Below are positions 19,975-29,545 of a stretch of 64,000 bases of DNA, piece by piece; position 1 is the stretch's first letter; each line of letters starts with the position of its first letter. The notes beneath the pieces were generated by a model. The model searched no databases and was not told where the DNA came from. It worked only from the letters and a program-made list of their open reading frames with translations. The DNA comes from Vicinamibacteria bacterium (GTDB lineage Bacteria; Acidobacteriota; Vicinamibacteria; Marinacidobacterales; Marinacidobacteraceae): NCBI GenBank assembly GCA_964291235.2, contig OZ219816.1, positions 1,536,001 to 1,600,000 of the forward strand. The letters are read 5' to 3'. The translations under genes and the position numbers were made by a program.

Positions 19975-22277
19975 GGGGACGGAGCGGCTTGGCCTTCCGC
20001 GGGTTCCGCGGTGCGGAATCCCACATCGTCCAGCAGGATGCTTCCAGCGACCGCCGGGTCGAACCGGAACCGGATGCCGGTCACCGGCGGGGGTCCCACC
20101 GGCAGTTCCTGAGGAGCGGGCGCGGCTCCCGGCACGGCGGGCGTTGGCGGCAGCAGGTGGTCGCCCCGAATGGCGACCGTTTGCGGGATCTCCTCGACGA
20201 TGTGGCGATACCGCTCGCGATTCATACGGCGGGACTTCAGGAACTGCACTTCGAAGGGAGGCTCCGGCGACAGGGCGTCCACGATTTCGACCGCCGGCCC
20301 CTCCGCATCCTCGGGAAACAGCAGTTGCACCGTCATCGCGATCGGCGGCTGGGCAGGCGCAGGATCCGCGTCGTCCTCGGGCGAATCCGGATGCCAGACG
20401 ACAGACAGCACGAGGTCGTCCTCGCTGGTGAGCGCGACCGGTTCCGCGAAGCGGATCACGTAGGACGGGTCTTCCAAATCCTCTGCCCTTGAAATCTTGA
20501 GGCGCACGGCCGAAGTAGCCTGTTTGGATCCGTCCCGGAACAGGACTTCCTCCTCGTTCCAGCCGGCGAAACCCCGCGCTGCGATCGTTGCACCCCCGGC
20601 GGTGGCGGTGGCGAGATGGAGGTCCTCCTCGAATCCCGCGACGATTTGGGTTCGGGAATCCGAGTACTGACTCTGGTAGCGGGTCTCGGGAAGAAACGCC
20701 GCGCCCCGGCGATAGTCGCGCAACAGCGGAACGAACTGTGCTTCCCCGAGAAGCGTGGCGCGCAGGAATGCGGCCACGTACACCTGGGCGACGCGCTGTT
20801 GGTCAGCCGGGGAAAGGAGTGGCGCCCGATTGAGCCAGAACATCCCCCAAAGGCCCGAATCCATGCCCCAGGTGGTGTTGAACTGACCGTGGTTCCCGCG
20901 GTGGGCTACCAACCCGGCCTTCATCCGGAACCCGAGAGCCCCCGGGGAGCGCTCGGACGCTCCATCCAGGTTGGTGCGATGGAACTGGCGAAGCCCGTGG
21001 AAGCTGGGCTCGTCGGTGTCATAGGAGCCCTGGAGCGCGAGGAAGTGAACGTCCTCGAGCATGATGCGCCGCGAGTAACGCCGGTCGATCTGGGCGATGG
21101 CCACCACGGCCTCGATCCCGAATCCATAGTCGAACCGGTAGTTCGCGTTGTCGGGAAAGGAGGGCAAATCGTTGAACGCGGCCGCGATGGCCGCGGCCTC
21201 CCCGCCTCGGGAATGTCCGAGCAGCGCCACCCGGTCGAGATCCAGACGGTTGTAGAGCGGAGAGCGCGGATCCCGATTCCACGTGCGGAACAACCTGAGG
21301 TGTTCCAGTAGCAGGATCCCGCGGGCGGGCATCTCGCGCCCCCCGAAATCACCCGACCAGGTGCCATTCAGGAAGTTCGCATCGACCGAAACCATCGCAA
21401 TCCCGTGGCTCGCGAGGAGATCCGCCAGGTAGTCGTAGCCGGCGTCGGAAAAATCCTCCATCCGGTGGTTGCCGTGGACGATGAGCGCCACCGGTCGGCG
21501 ATCCCCCGGCTCCGTGTCGGGCAAGTGCAGGCGACCGTTCCGGGGAGCATCCTCCAGCCCGAATTCCCACCACCATTCGCGGTGGGTCGCGCGAAAACCG
21601 CGCCATTCCGGCAGTGCCAGACTCAGGTCCACGGAAGGCGACCGGATGTCCACGGCTTCCCCGTACTCGGGCCGGTGCGGGTCACGACCGCTGCCGTAGG
21701 TCAGGAATCGAACCCGGTAGGGACCGCGAGCGGCCGGGTCTTCCGCGAGGGCCGGCGGCGGATCCGGCTGGGGCTGTGGCTGCCGGACATAGGGGTCCTG
21801 ACCCGGCGCGAAGAACCACGATCCCCCCGCAACGACGACGGCCGCTCCCGTCAGTGTGAGGACCAGACCACCCCGCCGGTACGCCGGCCCGTGCGGACGA
21901 AACACCATGGCGAGGCCGGATCCGACGAGGAACGGTCCGCCGAGGACGACTACCAGGAGTCCCGGGAGGAGCGCTCCGGGCCAACCGAAGATCGTGTTGC
22001 GGAGCAACCAGAGGCTTGCTCCCACGGCCGCCAACAACAGGAAGGCGTCGGTGGACAACCACCGGACGAGGCCTTCGGCGACGCGACTCAGGGCGACGAA
22101 GATCACCAGCGACACGACTCCGGCCACCAGTCCGGCAAGTACCGCCAGCACCCAGTTCGGAATGGCCCCGAAGGAAACCGCCGCCATCGCATGGAGGACG
22201 ATCACCGCGCAGGCGCTCGCGGCCGCGCCGGCGACGAGATAGCGCCGGACTACCGGATCGGAGTCAGCCCTTCGCAT
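19971..22277 (-). CDS. Membrane-anchored alpha/beta hydrolase
   Basis: N-terminal TM helices, IVHGNH, GYDYL, nucleophile GHSRGG, QGSYD.D, NHGQFN. Confidence 0.8.
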   Translation of the reverse strand: MRRADSDPVVRRYLVAGAAASACAVIVLHAMAAVSFGAIPNWVLAVLAGLVAGVVSLVIFVALSRVAEGLVRWLSTDAFLLLAAVGASLWLLRNTIFGWPGALLPGLLVVVLGGPFLVGSGLAMVFRPHGPAYRRGGLVLTLTGAAVVVAGGSWFFAPGQDPYVRQPQPQPDPPPALAEDPAARGPYRVRFLTYGSGRDPHRPEYGEAVDIRSPSVDLSLALPEWRGFRATHREWWWEFGLEDAPRNGRLHLPDTEPGDRRPVALIVHGNHRMEDFSDAGYDYLADLLASHGIAMVSVDANFLNGTWSGDFGGREMPARGILLLEHLRLFRTWNRDPRSPLYNRLDLDRVALLGHSRGGEAAAIAAAFNDLPSFPDNANYRFDYGFGIEAVVAIAQIDRRYSRRIMLEDVHFLALQGSYDTDEPSFHGLRQFHRTNLDGASERSPGALGFRMKAGLVAHRGNHGQFNTTWGMDSGLWGMFWLNRAPLLSPADQQRVAQVYVAAFLRATLLGEAQFVPLLRDYRRGAAFLPETRYQSQYSDSRTQIVAGFEEDLHLATATAGGATIAARGFAGWNEEEVLFRDGSKQATSAVRLKISRAEDLEDPSYVIRFAEPVALTSEDDLVLSVVWHPDSPEDDADPAPAQPPIAMTVQLLFPEDAEGPAVEIVDALSPEPPFEVQFLKSRRMNRERYRHIVEEIPQTVAIRGDHLLPPTPAVPGAAPAPQELPVGPPPVTGIRFRFDPAVAGSILLDDVGFRTAEPAEGQAAPSP

Positions 22278-22307
22278 GTTGACGGCTCCCTCGGACGCCC
22301 TCAGTCG

Positions 22308-22691
22308 CTAGTCGCTGCCCCCGCGGAGGTAGTCGTCGGTTCCATCCAGCCAGTCCTGTCGGGGCGGAGTGAAGATGTCCACGTCGAGGGTGTCTTCGAG
22401 CGCGATCGCCTTGTGCGGCACCCACGACGGCAGCACCAGAACCTCTCCGGCTCTCACGTCAATTGGTTCCGAATCCTCGTCCTCGATCCAGAACCGGAGC
22501 GCCCCGCTGATCACATAGGTGATCTGCTCGTTGTCGTGGGAGTGCATCGGAACCACCGCGCCCTTGTCCAGATAGACGTGGGTGAGCATGGCGCGTTCCG
22601 CGGTGATCATCCGGCGGCCGATCCGGGCGCTCAGGCGCTCCTTCTCCATGGCATCCCAGCGAATGTGACGGACTTGTTCTCTTGCTGTCAC
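22308..22691 (-). CDS. Cupin domain protein
   Basis: HSHDNEQITY, PSWVPH, DIFTPPRQDW. GTG start inferred. Confidence 0.88.
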   Translation of the reverse strand: MTAREQVRHIRWDAMEKERLSARIGRRMITAERAMLTHVYLDKGAVVPMHSHDNEQITYVISGALRFWIEDEDSEPIDVRAGEVLVLPSWVPHKAIALEDTLDVDIFTPPRQDWLDGTDDYLRGGSD

Positions 22692-22831
22692 GCGACGTTC
22701 CTTTCCCGCCACCTCAGAGGCGGGCTCCGATGATACCGGCCCGGAGCCCCGAAGGCTGCGGGGAACCCGGGCGCGATCCGTTCGCGCCACGCCATTTCTC
22801 CCGGGTGGGGGGCGCAGCGTCAACCCGTGGG

Positions 22832-22882
22832 GTGGCCCAGTTCCCTGTCGCCAAGTGGCCCAGTTTCAGATGTCGCTTGACA
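22832..22882. mobile_element. Orphan IS21-family-like terminus
   Basis: Ends ..TGTCGCTTGACA (TGTCA on the minus strand) with internal repeated GTGGCCCAGTT..TGTCGC. Near-identical end at 54892-54942. No transposase. Confidence 0.6.
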
Positions 22883-22883
22883 G

Positions 22884-23193
22884 CAGGAGCGCCGGCCTCT
22901 GGCCGGCATCGCGGCCGCAGGATTGGGTCCGGGCCGTAAGGGGGGACCGGGTTTGGGAGTTTCGCCATCGTCAGGAGCGCCGGCCTCTGGCCGGCATCGC
23001 GGCCGCAGGGCGCGAAACTCCCAGACCCGATCGCTCTTGATGGCGCCGCGGCCCAGCAGGGTGGCGCTGCGCGCCTGCCGCGCTCGTACGGCGACGCGCT
23101 GTCCCCGCTTGGGTTGGTGCCGTCGAGGCTGACCAAAGTCTGGGAGTTTCGCCTCGCTGTGCTCGGCGATGCCGGCCAGAGGCCGGCGCTCCT
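22884..23193. repeat. REP/REPIN cluster
   Basis: CAGGAGCGCCGGCCTCTGGCCGGCATCGC at 22884 and 22972, inverted copy ending 23193, inner GCGAAACTCCC/GGGAGTTTCGC arms. Confidence 0.85.
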
Positions 23194-23234
23194 ACTCCTT
23201 GATGGCCCCGACCTGAACGGGACGGCGCATCACT

Positions 23235-23482
23235 GGGGGGGCTTTCCCCACGGGCTGCTAACAGCCTGCCGTGAAAACCAGAGCCTACCCATTCGCGGCG
23301 CGCAGCGCCGCGGGGGTGGGGTGTGGGGAGGGGATTCCCCTCCCCACGAAAGACGAGGCTGCGAATCGCAACGCGATCGCAGCATCAACCCGTGGGGAAA
23401 GCGCCCCGCACCCACACAAACTACGGACCCGGGGTGCGCGATCCCCAGGGCCCGTGCGGGGAGCTTTCCCTACGGGCTGCTA
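23235..23482. mobile_element. Tandem/nested TA-flanked MITE-like ends (IS5/IS1182-like)
   Basis: GCTTTCCC(C/T)ACGGGCTGCTA ends at 23260 and 23482. TAACAGCCTG at 23259. Inverted CCCGTGGGGAAAGC at about 23389. Confidence 0.55.
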
Positions 23483-23839
23483 AACCCAGTAGCCGGCCTG
23501 GAGCCCCAGGACGATCCCCGTGGCTCCAACCACCGCCGGGAATGCCACGAGTCCGAGAACGGCCCGCCAGCCGAGACCGAGCGCGCCCGGAAGGAACACC
23601 ACGGCGGCCTGTACGGCGAACGTCCCGTACAGCGCGCCGTAGGCCACATCGGGCTGGGCACAGAAGGGACAATCGGGCGGCCCCGGCGTCTGGATGTTGC
23701 AAAACGCCGCGCCACCGTTCCAGAGCGAAACGCAGCCGCAGTCGTAGATGAGATGGCAGACGTTCAGAAAAAAGGTGGCCGCCACCGCGACCAGCGGGGC
23801 CAGTACGAGAATCCGTACCGCCAACTTGCGGAAACTCAT
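23480..23839 (-). CDS. Small Cys-rich membrane protein
   Basis: Three hydrophobic helices with a loop C.LIYDCGC...C......CPFC. Confidence 0.7.
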   Translation of the reverse strand: MSFRKLAVRILVLAPLVAVAATFFLNVCHLIYDCGCVSLWNGGAAFCNIQTPGPPDCPFCAQPDVAYGALYGTFAVQAAVVFLPGALGLGWRAVLGLVAFPAVVGATGIVLGLQAGYWV

Positions 23840-23956
23840 TGGCTCTCTCACTCCCGCGCCCCTTGCGAGGGGCCGCGCTCCCGAGGAGTCTAAGGGCGGC
23901 CCGGACACGGGCTCGACTTTCCTGTCCCTCGCCCTTCGCCACCCATAGAATTCGGG

Positions 23957-24817
23957 ATGAACATGGACCGGAGAAGGCGACAGGTTGGCGTCTGGTTGCT
24001 GCTCCCGGCCCTGCTGGTAGTGGCGGTGGTCGCCGCGGCGCCCATCGGATTGCTGTTTCGGGTAGCGCTCTACCCGCCCGGCCCGGTCGCGCCCCTGAGC
24101 GGCGGCCCGGAGCTGGAATCCTTCGCCGGGCTGCTGAGCGCCCCCTATCCGTCGGTGGCGCTGCGCACGCTTCGGCTGTCGCTGCTGACGACCGCCCTCG
24201 TCACGGTGCTCGGTTTTCCGGTGGCCCTGTTCCTGTCACGCTCAAGGGGCCTGTCCCGCCGGATTCAAACGCTGCTGATTGTCTCCCCGCTCTTGATGTC
24301 AGTGGTGGTCCGGGCGTACGGATGGATGTTGATCCTCGGGCGGCAGGGTTTCGTTGGAGAGACGCTCGCGGCGCTCTCGCTGCCACGCGCCGGTCTCCTC
24401 CATACCGAGGCCGCCGTCTTGCTCGCGCTGACCGAGTCGTTTCTTCCATTCATGATCCTGGCGCTCGCCGCCAGCCTCGACCGGATCGACCCCGATCTAC
24501 TGGCGGCGGCCCGCGGCCTGGGGGCTTCGTCGGCGCGCACCTTCCTTGCCGTGGTGGTGCCTCTCGCCCTGCCCGGGTTTCTGGCCGGCGCGAGCTTCGT
24601 CATGGTCGGCAGCCTCTCCGCCTACGCGATACCCGCTCTGCTCGGTGGATCGGCCTCCCGCACCCTGGTGATGGAGATCTACGAGCTGGTCACCATCAGC
24701 TTCGATTGGCCGACGGCAGCGGCCGCCTCGCTTGCCCTCCTCCTGTTCGCGTCGGCACTCCTCGGTGGAGCGGCGCTGCTCAGCCGCCGCCGGTCGGCGC
24801 GGGCGTTCGGGATCTGA
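23957..24817 (+). CDS. ABC transporter permease (PotB-like)
   Basis: SVVVRAYGW, EAA-like loop AAARGLGAS, PALLGG. Confidence 0.9.
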   Translation: MNMDRRRRQVGVWLLLPALLVVAVVAAAPIGLLFRVALYPPGPVAPLSGGPELESFAGLLSAPYPSVALRTLRLSLLTTALVTVLGFPVALFLSRSRGLSRRIQTLLIVSPLLMSVVVRAYGWMLILGRQGFVGETLAALSLPRAGLLHTEAAVLLALTESFLPFMILALAASLDRIDPDLLAAARGLGASSARTFLAVVVPLALPGFLAGASFVMVGSLSAYAIPALLGGSASRTLVMEIYELVTISFDWPTAAAASLALLLFASALLGGAALLSRRRSARAFGI

Positions 24818-24834
24818 CCGGTTCACCAGACGTG

Positions 24835-25683
24835 ATGCGACTGGCACTCGGCGCGACGGCGGCGGTCGCCTACGCGGTGCTGCTGCTCGCTCCGCTCGCC
24901 GTGATCGTCTATTCGGTGAGCCCGGGAGCGGCGCTCGAGATTCCGCCGTCCGGGATCAGCTTTCGCTGGTACGCGGGCCTGGCGGACCAGCCGCGCCTCA
25001 TTTCCGGGCTCTTCACCAGTTTGGCGCTGGGAGCGATCGCCACCGGTGCGGCCCTCATGACCGGCATTCCCGCCGCCCTCGCGCTCACCCGCGGTTCGCT
25101 CCCGGGCCGCGAGGCCTTCCTCGCCGTCTTGCTCTCACCACTCAGCCTCCCCGGCCTCGTTCTGGGCCTCGGCGTGCTGACCAGCGCCGCCGTGCTGGCG
25201 AACACCACCGGGATACAGACCGCCGGGACACTCTTTCCACTGGTCGCCGCCCACCTGCTCATCACCATTCCCTGGGTGGTTCGCAGCGTGGCCGCTTCGC
25301 TGGAATCCGCCGACCCCGCGCTCGAGGACCAGGCGCGCAGCCTGGGCGCCGGCCCATTCGCCACCCTCTTCCTAGTGACCCTTCCCAGCGCTCGCGCGGG
25401 TATCGTTGCCGGCGCGGTGTCCGCCTTCGTGATCTCTTTCGGGAACTTCGCCCTTTCGTTGCTCCTCGCCAGCGGCCGGACGGTCACCCTTCCGGTAGCC
25501 ATTTACGAAACCGTGGACCGTTACCAGGATCCCACCGTCGCCGCCATCAGCACCGTCACCATCGCCGCGGCGGTGGGGGCGGCGCTCCTGACCGACCGGA
25601 TCTCCGGACCGCTCAAGACCCGCGATTCGTCCTCCCGAGGCGGCCGGCCGCAGAGCTCCGGAGGGCTCGAACGCGGGCGATGA
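24835..25683 (+). CDS. ABC transporter permease (PotC-like)
   Basis: PPSGISFRWY, LEDQARSLGA, FVISF, TLPVAIY. Confidence 0.9.
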   Translation: MRLALGATAAVAYAVLLLAPLAVIVYSVSPGAALEIPPSGISFRWYAGLADQPRLISGLFTSLALGAIATGAALMTGIPAALALTRGSLPGREAFLAVLLSPLSLPGLVLGLGVLTSAAVLANTTGIQTAGTLFPLVAAHLLITIPWVVRSVAASLESADPALEDQARSLGAGPFATLFLVTLPSARAGIVAGAVSAFVISFGNFALSLLLASGRTVTLPVAIYETVDRYQDPTVAAISTVTIAAAVGAALLTDRISGPLKTRDSSSRGGRPQSSGGLERGR

Positions 25684-26732
25684 GCCGCGACCGGCGTTTT
25701 CTTCCTCGTGCCGCACGGCTTCCGGCAGCGCTCCTGCTGGCAGGCGGGTTCGCCCTCGGCTGTGGCGGCCGGGCGGCCGAGGATCTGGTCATCGCGGTTC
25801 CGCCGGGCCGTATTGCCGACCTCGAGGCGCATTTCGCCGGTCCCTTCGAGGCCGCGACCGGCGCCAACCTGATCCCGGTAGGGCTCCGCTCCGCCGATCA
25901 GGCGGCTCGGGTACGGGTCGAGAGCGGCAATCCCTCGCTGGACGTTCTCTGGATAGACGCCGGCGAAGCGGCGCTCCTCGCCCGCGAAGGACTCGTCGAA
26001 ACCGCCTTCGGGTCGGGAGCCGGCGCGTCGGATGGCTTACGGATTCCGAACGTCGCGTGGGTGGAACCGGACGCCTGGTTCACTCAGGGCGCCCTTCCCG
26101 CGACCTTTTCCTCGGCGATTGGGTTCCTCTACAACACCGCGGAGCTGCCCGTTCCACCGGCATCCTGGACGGCTCTCGAGGATCCGGCACTCGAGCGCCG
26201 CCTGGCCCTGTTCGGATTCGGGAGCACCCTCGGACCGCTCACCGTGGCCGCGCTGGCGCGCATCCACACCGGCGACGAGACGGACGAGGATGCCGGTTTC
26301 GGGCGGCTCGCACGCCTCCGGAACAACGTCCTTCTCTACGGGACCAGCGGACCTGCGAACAACCAGTTGGTGGCGCAGGGAGAGGCGTGGCTCACTCTGG
26401 GTTTGCCGTCCCAGGCCCAGCATCTGGCTCGCGAGGGCGCCCCGGTCGGGTGGTCAGCCCCCGCCGAAGGCGCCATCGCCCTGCCACAAGGGATCCAGAT
26501 CGTACGTGGCACCCGGCGTCCGGAGCTGGCCCGGGCCTTCGCCGACTACATGTTTTCCCTCGACGCCCAGCAGGTCGCGGCACAACAGCTCCAGCTGGTC
26601 CCTTCACGCGGCGATGCGGAGATTCCTGCGGACCTGCCGCCGCCCGACGCCCTCATGCGGCTCGACATGGTGACTCTGGGTGATCTGCGTCCATCGTGGG
26701 CTACCCGCTTCCGTCGCGAGATGATTCCCTGA
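25680..26732 (+). CDS. ABC substrate-binding lipoprotein (PotD/SBP_bac_6-like)
   Basis: Lipobox ALGC, YNT..PPASW..L, P.EGAI. Confidence 0.85.
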   Translation: MSRDRRFLPRAARLPAALLLAGGFALGCGGRAAEDLVIAVPPGRIADLEAHFAGPFEAATGANLIPVGLRSADQAARVRVESGNPSLDVLWIDAGEAALLAREGLVETAFGSGAGASDGLRIPNVAWVEPDAWFTQGALPATFSSAIGFLYNTAELPVPPASWTALEDPALERRLALFGFGSTLGPLTVAALARIHTGDETDEDAGFGRLARLRNNVLLYGTSGPANNQLVAQGEAWLTLGLPSQAQHLAREGAPVGWSAPAEGAIALPQGIQIVRGTRRPELARAFADYMFSLDAQQVAAQQLQLVPSRGDAEIPADLPPPDALMRLDMVTLGDLRPSWATRFRREMIP

Positions 26733-28387
26733 TGATGACCCCCGAAACCCCGCCCGTTTCCCCGGAAGACGTGGATGCCCTCACCGACTGTCTCATGCCT
26801 CATCCCGCGGCGCTGGGATCCCGGGCCGCCGGTTTTCGGAGTTGGGTGGCCGGACTGGCCGAACGCTGGGTAGCGGCCGGAATCACGGGACCGTCCCGGG
26901 CAACCCCGGACGGATGGGAGGGACCGCCGGACCCGGCCGCGGTGGACCCCGAAGCCGTGAACCTGGTGCGGGCGACCCATCTGGACGACATTCGCGAGGC
27001 GGCGGAATGGGCTGGCAGCGCACGTTTCCTGAGCACCGAGCGGCGGGCCGCCATGACTCTCCTCACCGACGTGCTGGCCATCGGCGCCGCGCCGCCCCTG
27101 CCCGCGTTCCTTTCCGGTATTGACGCGAGCGGCCTTCTGGACGCCTTCGCCGACACCTCGGCTCCCAGCGCGACGCTCTGGAGGCCGGTGGACGGCCGCG
27201 GGTCCACCAACATCTGGTCCGCGATTTTGTGGAACCGCTTCGTGGGAGATCCCCAGGAACTCCACGCCGGACCGGAGTGCATCGCCGCCGCGGTCGCGGT
27301 GGCCGAGGTGCGCGGCCTCACCGTGGGAGACCTCCTCGACGCGATCGTGGTCGGCTGCGGCATCGGGAATTGGCACCGGGATGCCGTGGGTGCCGAGATG
27401 GAAGCGGCGGGCGTTCACTCCCCCGGCGCGCTCGCCCCGGTGGCCACCGCCGCTGCCGTCGGGCGTCTCGAGGGCGTGGGCGCTCGGAACCTTGCGCAAA
27501 CCATGCGGCGGGCCGGCGCGTTGACTCCCATGCATCCCTACCGGGCATTTGCCGATGGAACGTCCGCGAAGCTCCTTTTCGGCGCCTTCGGTCAGGTGCT
27601 CGGCGCCGCCGCCGCGCTGAGTATCAAGAACCCGATCGGGCTTCTTCCCGCTCCTTCTCTTGCCCGCCGGTCCCGAAAACCGGACATGCCTCCTTTCGAC
27701 GCGCGGCAGGCGACCAGGGCGATCCATGGAGTTGGCCTCAAGAAGTATCCCGGGTCGCGGGCTGTTCAGTCCGCGCTCGCGGCAATCGAAAAGCTGCCGC
27801 GGATCGAGCCGCAGGCTATCGAATCCGTGACGGTCGAGACCTACCCGTTCTCCGCGACAGTGTCCGGCTGGGCCCGTCCGGATACGGGACCGATCGCCAT
27901 GCACAGCCACATACCCACTGCGGTCGCGCTTCTCATCGAGGCTCGCGCCCAAAGGCATCCCTTCGACGCGGGCCGTTACCCACCGTTCCGCGAACCGGGG
28001 ACGATCGGACTCGCGGAACGGGTGATCGTGCGCTCCCACGAATTCGGCGAGGCCGGAGCCCCGTCGAGCCGGCGCATCCGGTGGGCCAAGGTCACGATCC
28101 GGCCCAAGGCGGGTCCGAATCTGACCGCCTCCTCCGGACCTCCCTTCGCACCGCCGCCGCGGGGAGCCGTCCGTGACCGCTTTGCCAACCTCACGCGAGG
28201 CACAGTGGTGCGGGATCCCCACCAACTCCCCTACTCGGCACCGGTACGGAGTCTCTTTGTCGAGCAGTCGGAGGAAATGCCCGAGAGCCCAACGCCACCG
28301 GTGCTTCCGTCCGTAACTCCCGACGAATCCGACGAGGCGACGGAAAAATCCACGCCGGGCACGAAGTCCGTCTTCGGCTCATCGTGA
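26732..28387 (+). CDS. MmgE/PrpD family protein (divergent)
   Basis: GVHSPG, SAK, KKYPGSR..QSA..A, IESVTVETY, helical N-domain. Confidence 0.7.
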   Translation: MMTPETPPVSPEDVDALTDCLMPHPAALGSRAAGFRSWVAGLAERWVAAGITGPSRATPDGWEGPPDPAAVDPEAVNLVRATHLDDIREAAEWAGSARFLSTERRAAMTLLTDVLAIGAAPPLPAFLSGIDASGLLDAFADTSAPSATLWRPVDGRGSTNIWSAILWNRFVGDPQELHAGPECIAAAVAVAEVRGLTVGDLLDAIVVGCGIGNWHRDAVGAEMEAAGVHSPGALAPVATAAAVGRLEGVGARNLAQTMRRAGALTPMHPYRAFADGTSAKLLFGAFGQVLGAAAALSIKNPIGLLPAPSLARRSRKPDMPPFDARQATRAIHGVGLKKYPGSRAVQSALAAIEKLPRIEPQAIESVTVETYPFSATVSGWARPDTGPIAMHSHIPTAVALLIEARAQRHPFDAGRYPPFREPGTIGLAERVIVRSHEFGEAGAPSSRRIRWAKVTIRPKAGPNLTASSGPPFAPPPRGAVRDRFANLTRGTVVRDPHQLPYSAPVRSLFVEQSEEMPESPTPPVLPSVTPDESDEATEKSTPGTKSVFGSS

Positions 28388-29487
28388 ATCCGCGCGACGC
28401 CGGGCTGGCCCTCGAAGGGCTCGGGAAACGCTTCGGCGACACGGTATCGGTGTCGGACGTGACGTTACGCGTGGGACGGGGGGAACTCATGGCCCTCTTG
28501 GGATCCAGCGGAGCCGGCAAGTCCACCATCCTTCGCTGTATCGCCGGACACCTGGAGCCGGACGCGGGAGAGGTCTGGATCGGCGGCGAGGAGATGGACC
28601 GGACGCCGCCCGAGAACCGGAACGTGGGAATGGTGTTTCAAAGCTATGCCCTGTTCCCCCACCTGACCCTGCGCCGCAACGTCGCCTTCGGGCCGGAGCG
28701 CCGCGGAGCGTCGCGAAACGAGGCGACCGCCGTCGCCGACGAGATGCTGGAACGGGTGGGCCTCCTCGAACTCGGGGACCGCCACCCCCGCCAGATCTCG
28801 GGAGGAGAGCAGCAACGAGTGGCCGTCGCCCGGGCGCTCGCGATCCGTCCCGAGGTGCTCCTCCTGGACGAGCCGCTCTCCAGCCTCGATCAAACCTTGC
28901 GCCGGGAATTGCGTTCCTTGTTGCGGACGCTGCAGCGATCCTTCGAAGCGACCACCCTCTGGGTCACCCACGACCAGGAAGAGGCCCTCACGGTCGCCGA
29001 TCGGGTCGCCGTGCTGAACGGGGGGCGGCTTCAGCAGGTCGGAACTCCGCTCGAACTCCACACCCGGCCCGCCAACACCTTCGTCGCCAGCTTCGTCGGA
29101 AAGATGAACCTGTTGCCGGCCGTGGCGGAAACCGGCCGTCCCGACGCCTTCCGGCTGCCGGACGGGCCCGTGCTGCAGGCGGAACCGGGCAGCGTGCCCG
29201 ATGTTCTTGCCGGGGATTCCGGCGGCGGGGAGGATGGGTTCCTGCTGGCCATGCGGCCCGAGGTGGTCCAGATCGGCCACCCACCGCCGGCGCCCGGCTT
29301 CAACCGGATCGGCGCCAGGGTGCTGCGGATCGCTTTTCTCGGCGACCGTCTGGAAATCGAACTCGAACTCGACGGCGGGCACCGGCTGCTCGCGCGAGGC
29401 AACACCCTGTTCGAGAGTCTGGCTCGGGAAGGAGATCAGGTTCGGATCTTCTGGCCGGTCGCCGACACCCGGCTCCTGATTCCCTGA
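28384..29487 (+). CDS. ABC transporter ATP-binding protein (PotA-like, TOBE domain)
   Basis: GSSGAGKS, VFQSYALFPH, ISGGEQQR, LLLDEP, THDQEEA. Confidence 0.95.
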   Translation: MNPRDAGLALEGLGKRFGDTVSVSDVTLRVGRGELMALLGSSGAGKSTILRCIAGHLEPDAGEVWIGGEEMDRTPPENRNVGMVFQSYALFPHLTLRRNVAFGPERRGASRNEATAVADEMLERVGLLELGDRHPRQISGGEQQRVAVARALAIRPEVLLLDEPLSSLDQTLRRELRSLLRTLQRSFEATTLWVTHDQEEALTVADRVAVLNGGRLQQVGTPLELHTRPANTFVASFVGKMNLLPAVAETGRPDAFRLPDGPVLQAEPGSVPDVLAGDSGGGEDGFLLAMRPEVVQIGHPPPAPGFNRIGARVLRIAFLGDRLEIELELDGGHRLLARGNTLFESLAREGDQVRIFWPVADTRLLIP

Positions 29488-29545
29488 CCTGCGGGGAGCG
29501 CCAACCTGCGGGAGGGGCAGCAATCGGGGGTCACGCTCGCGAATC

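Noticed and set aside
22884-23193. Repeated ~37-bp palindromic unit as a possible CRISPR repeat
   Set aside because: Only two direct copies plus an inverted copy, and the intervening sequence recurs at other loci, which fits a REPIN.
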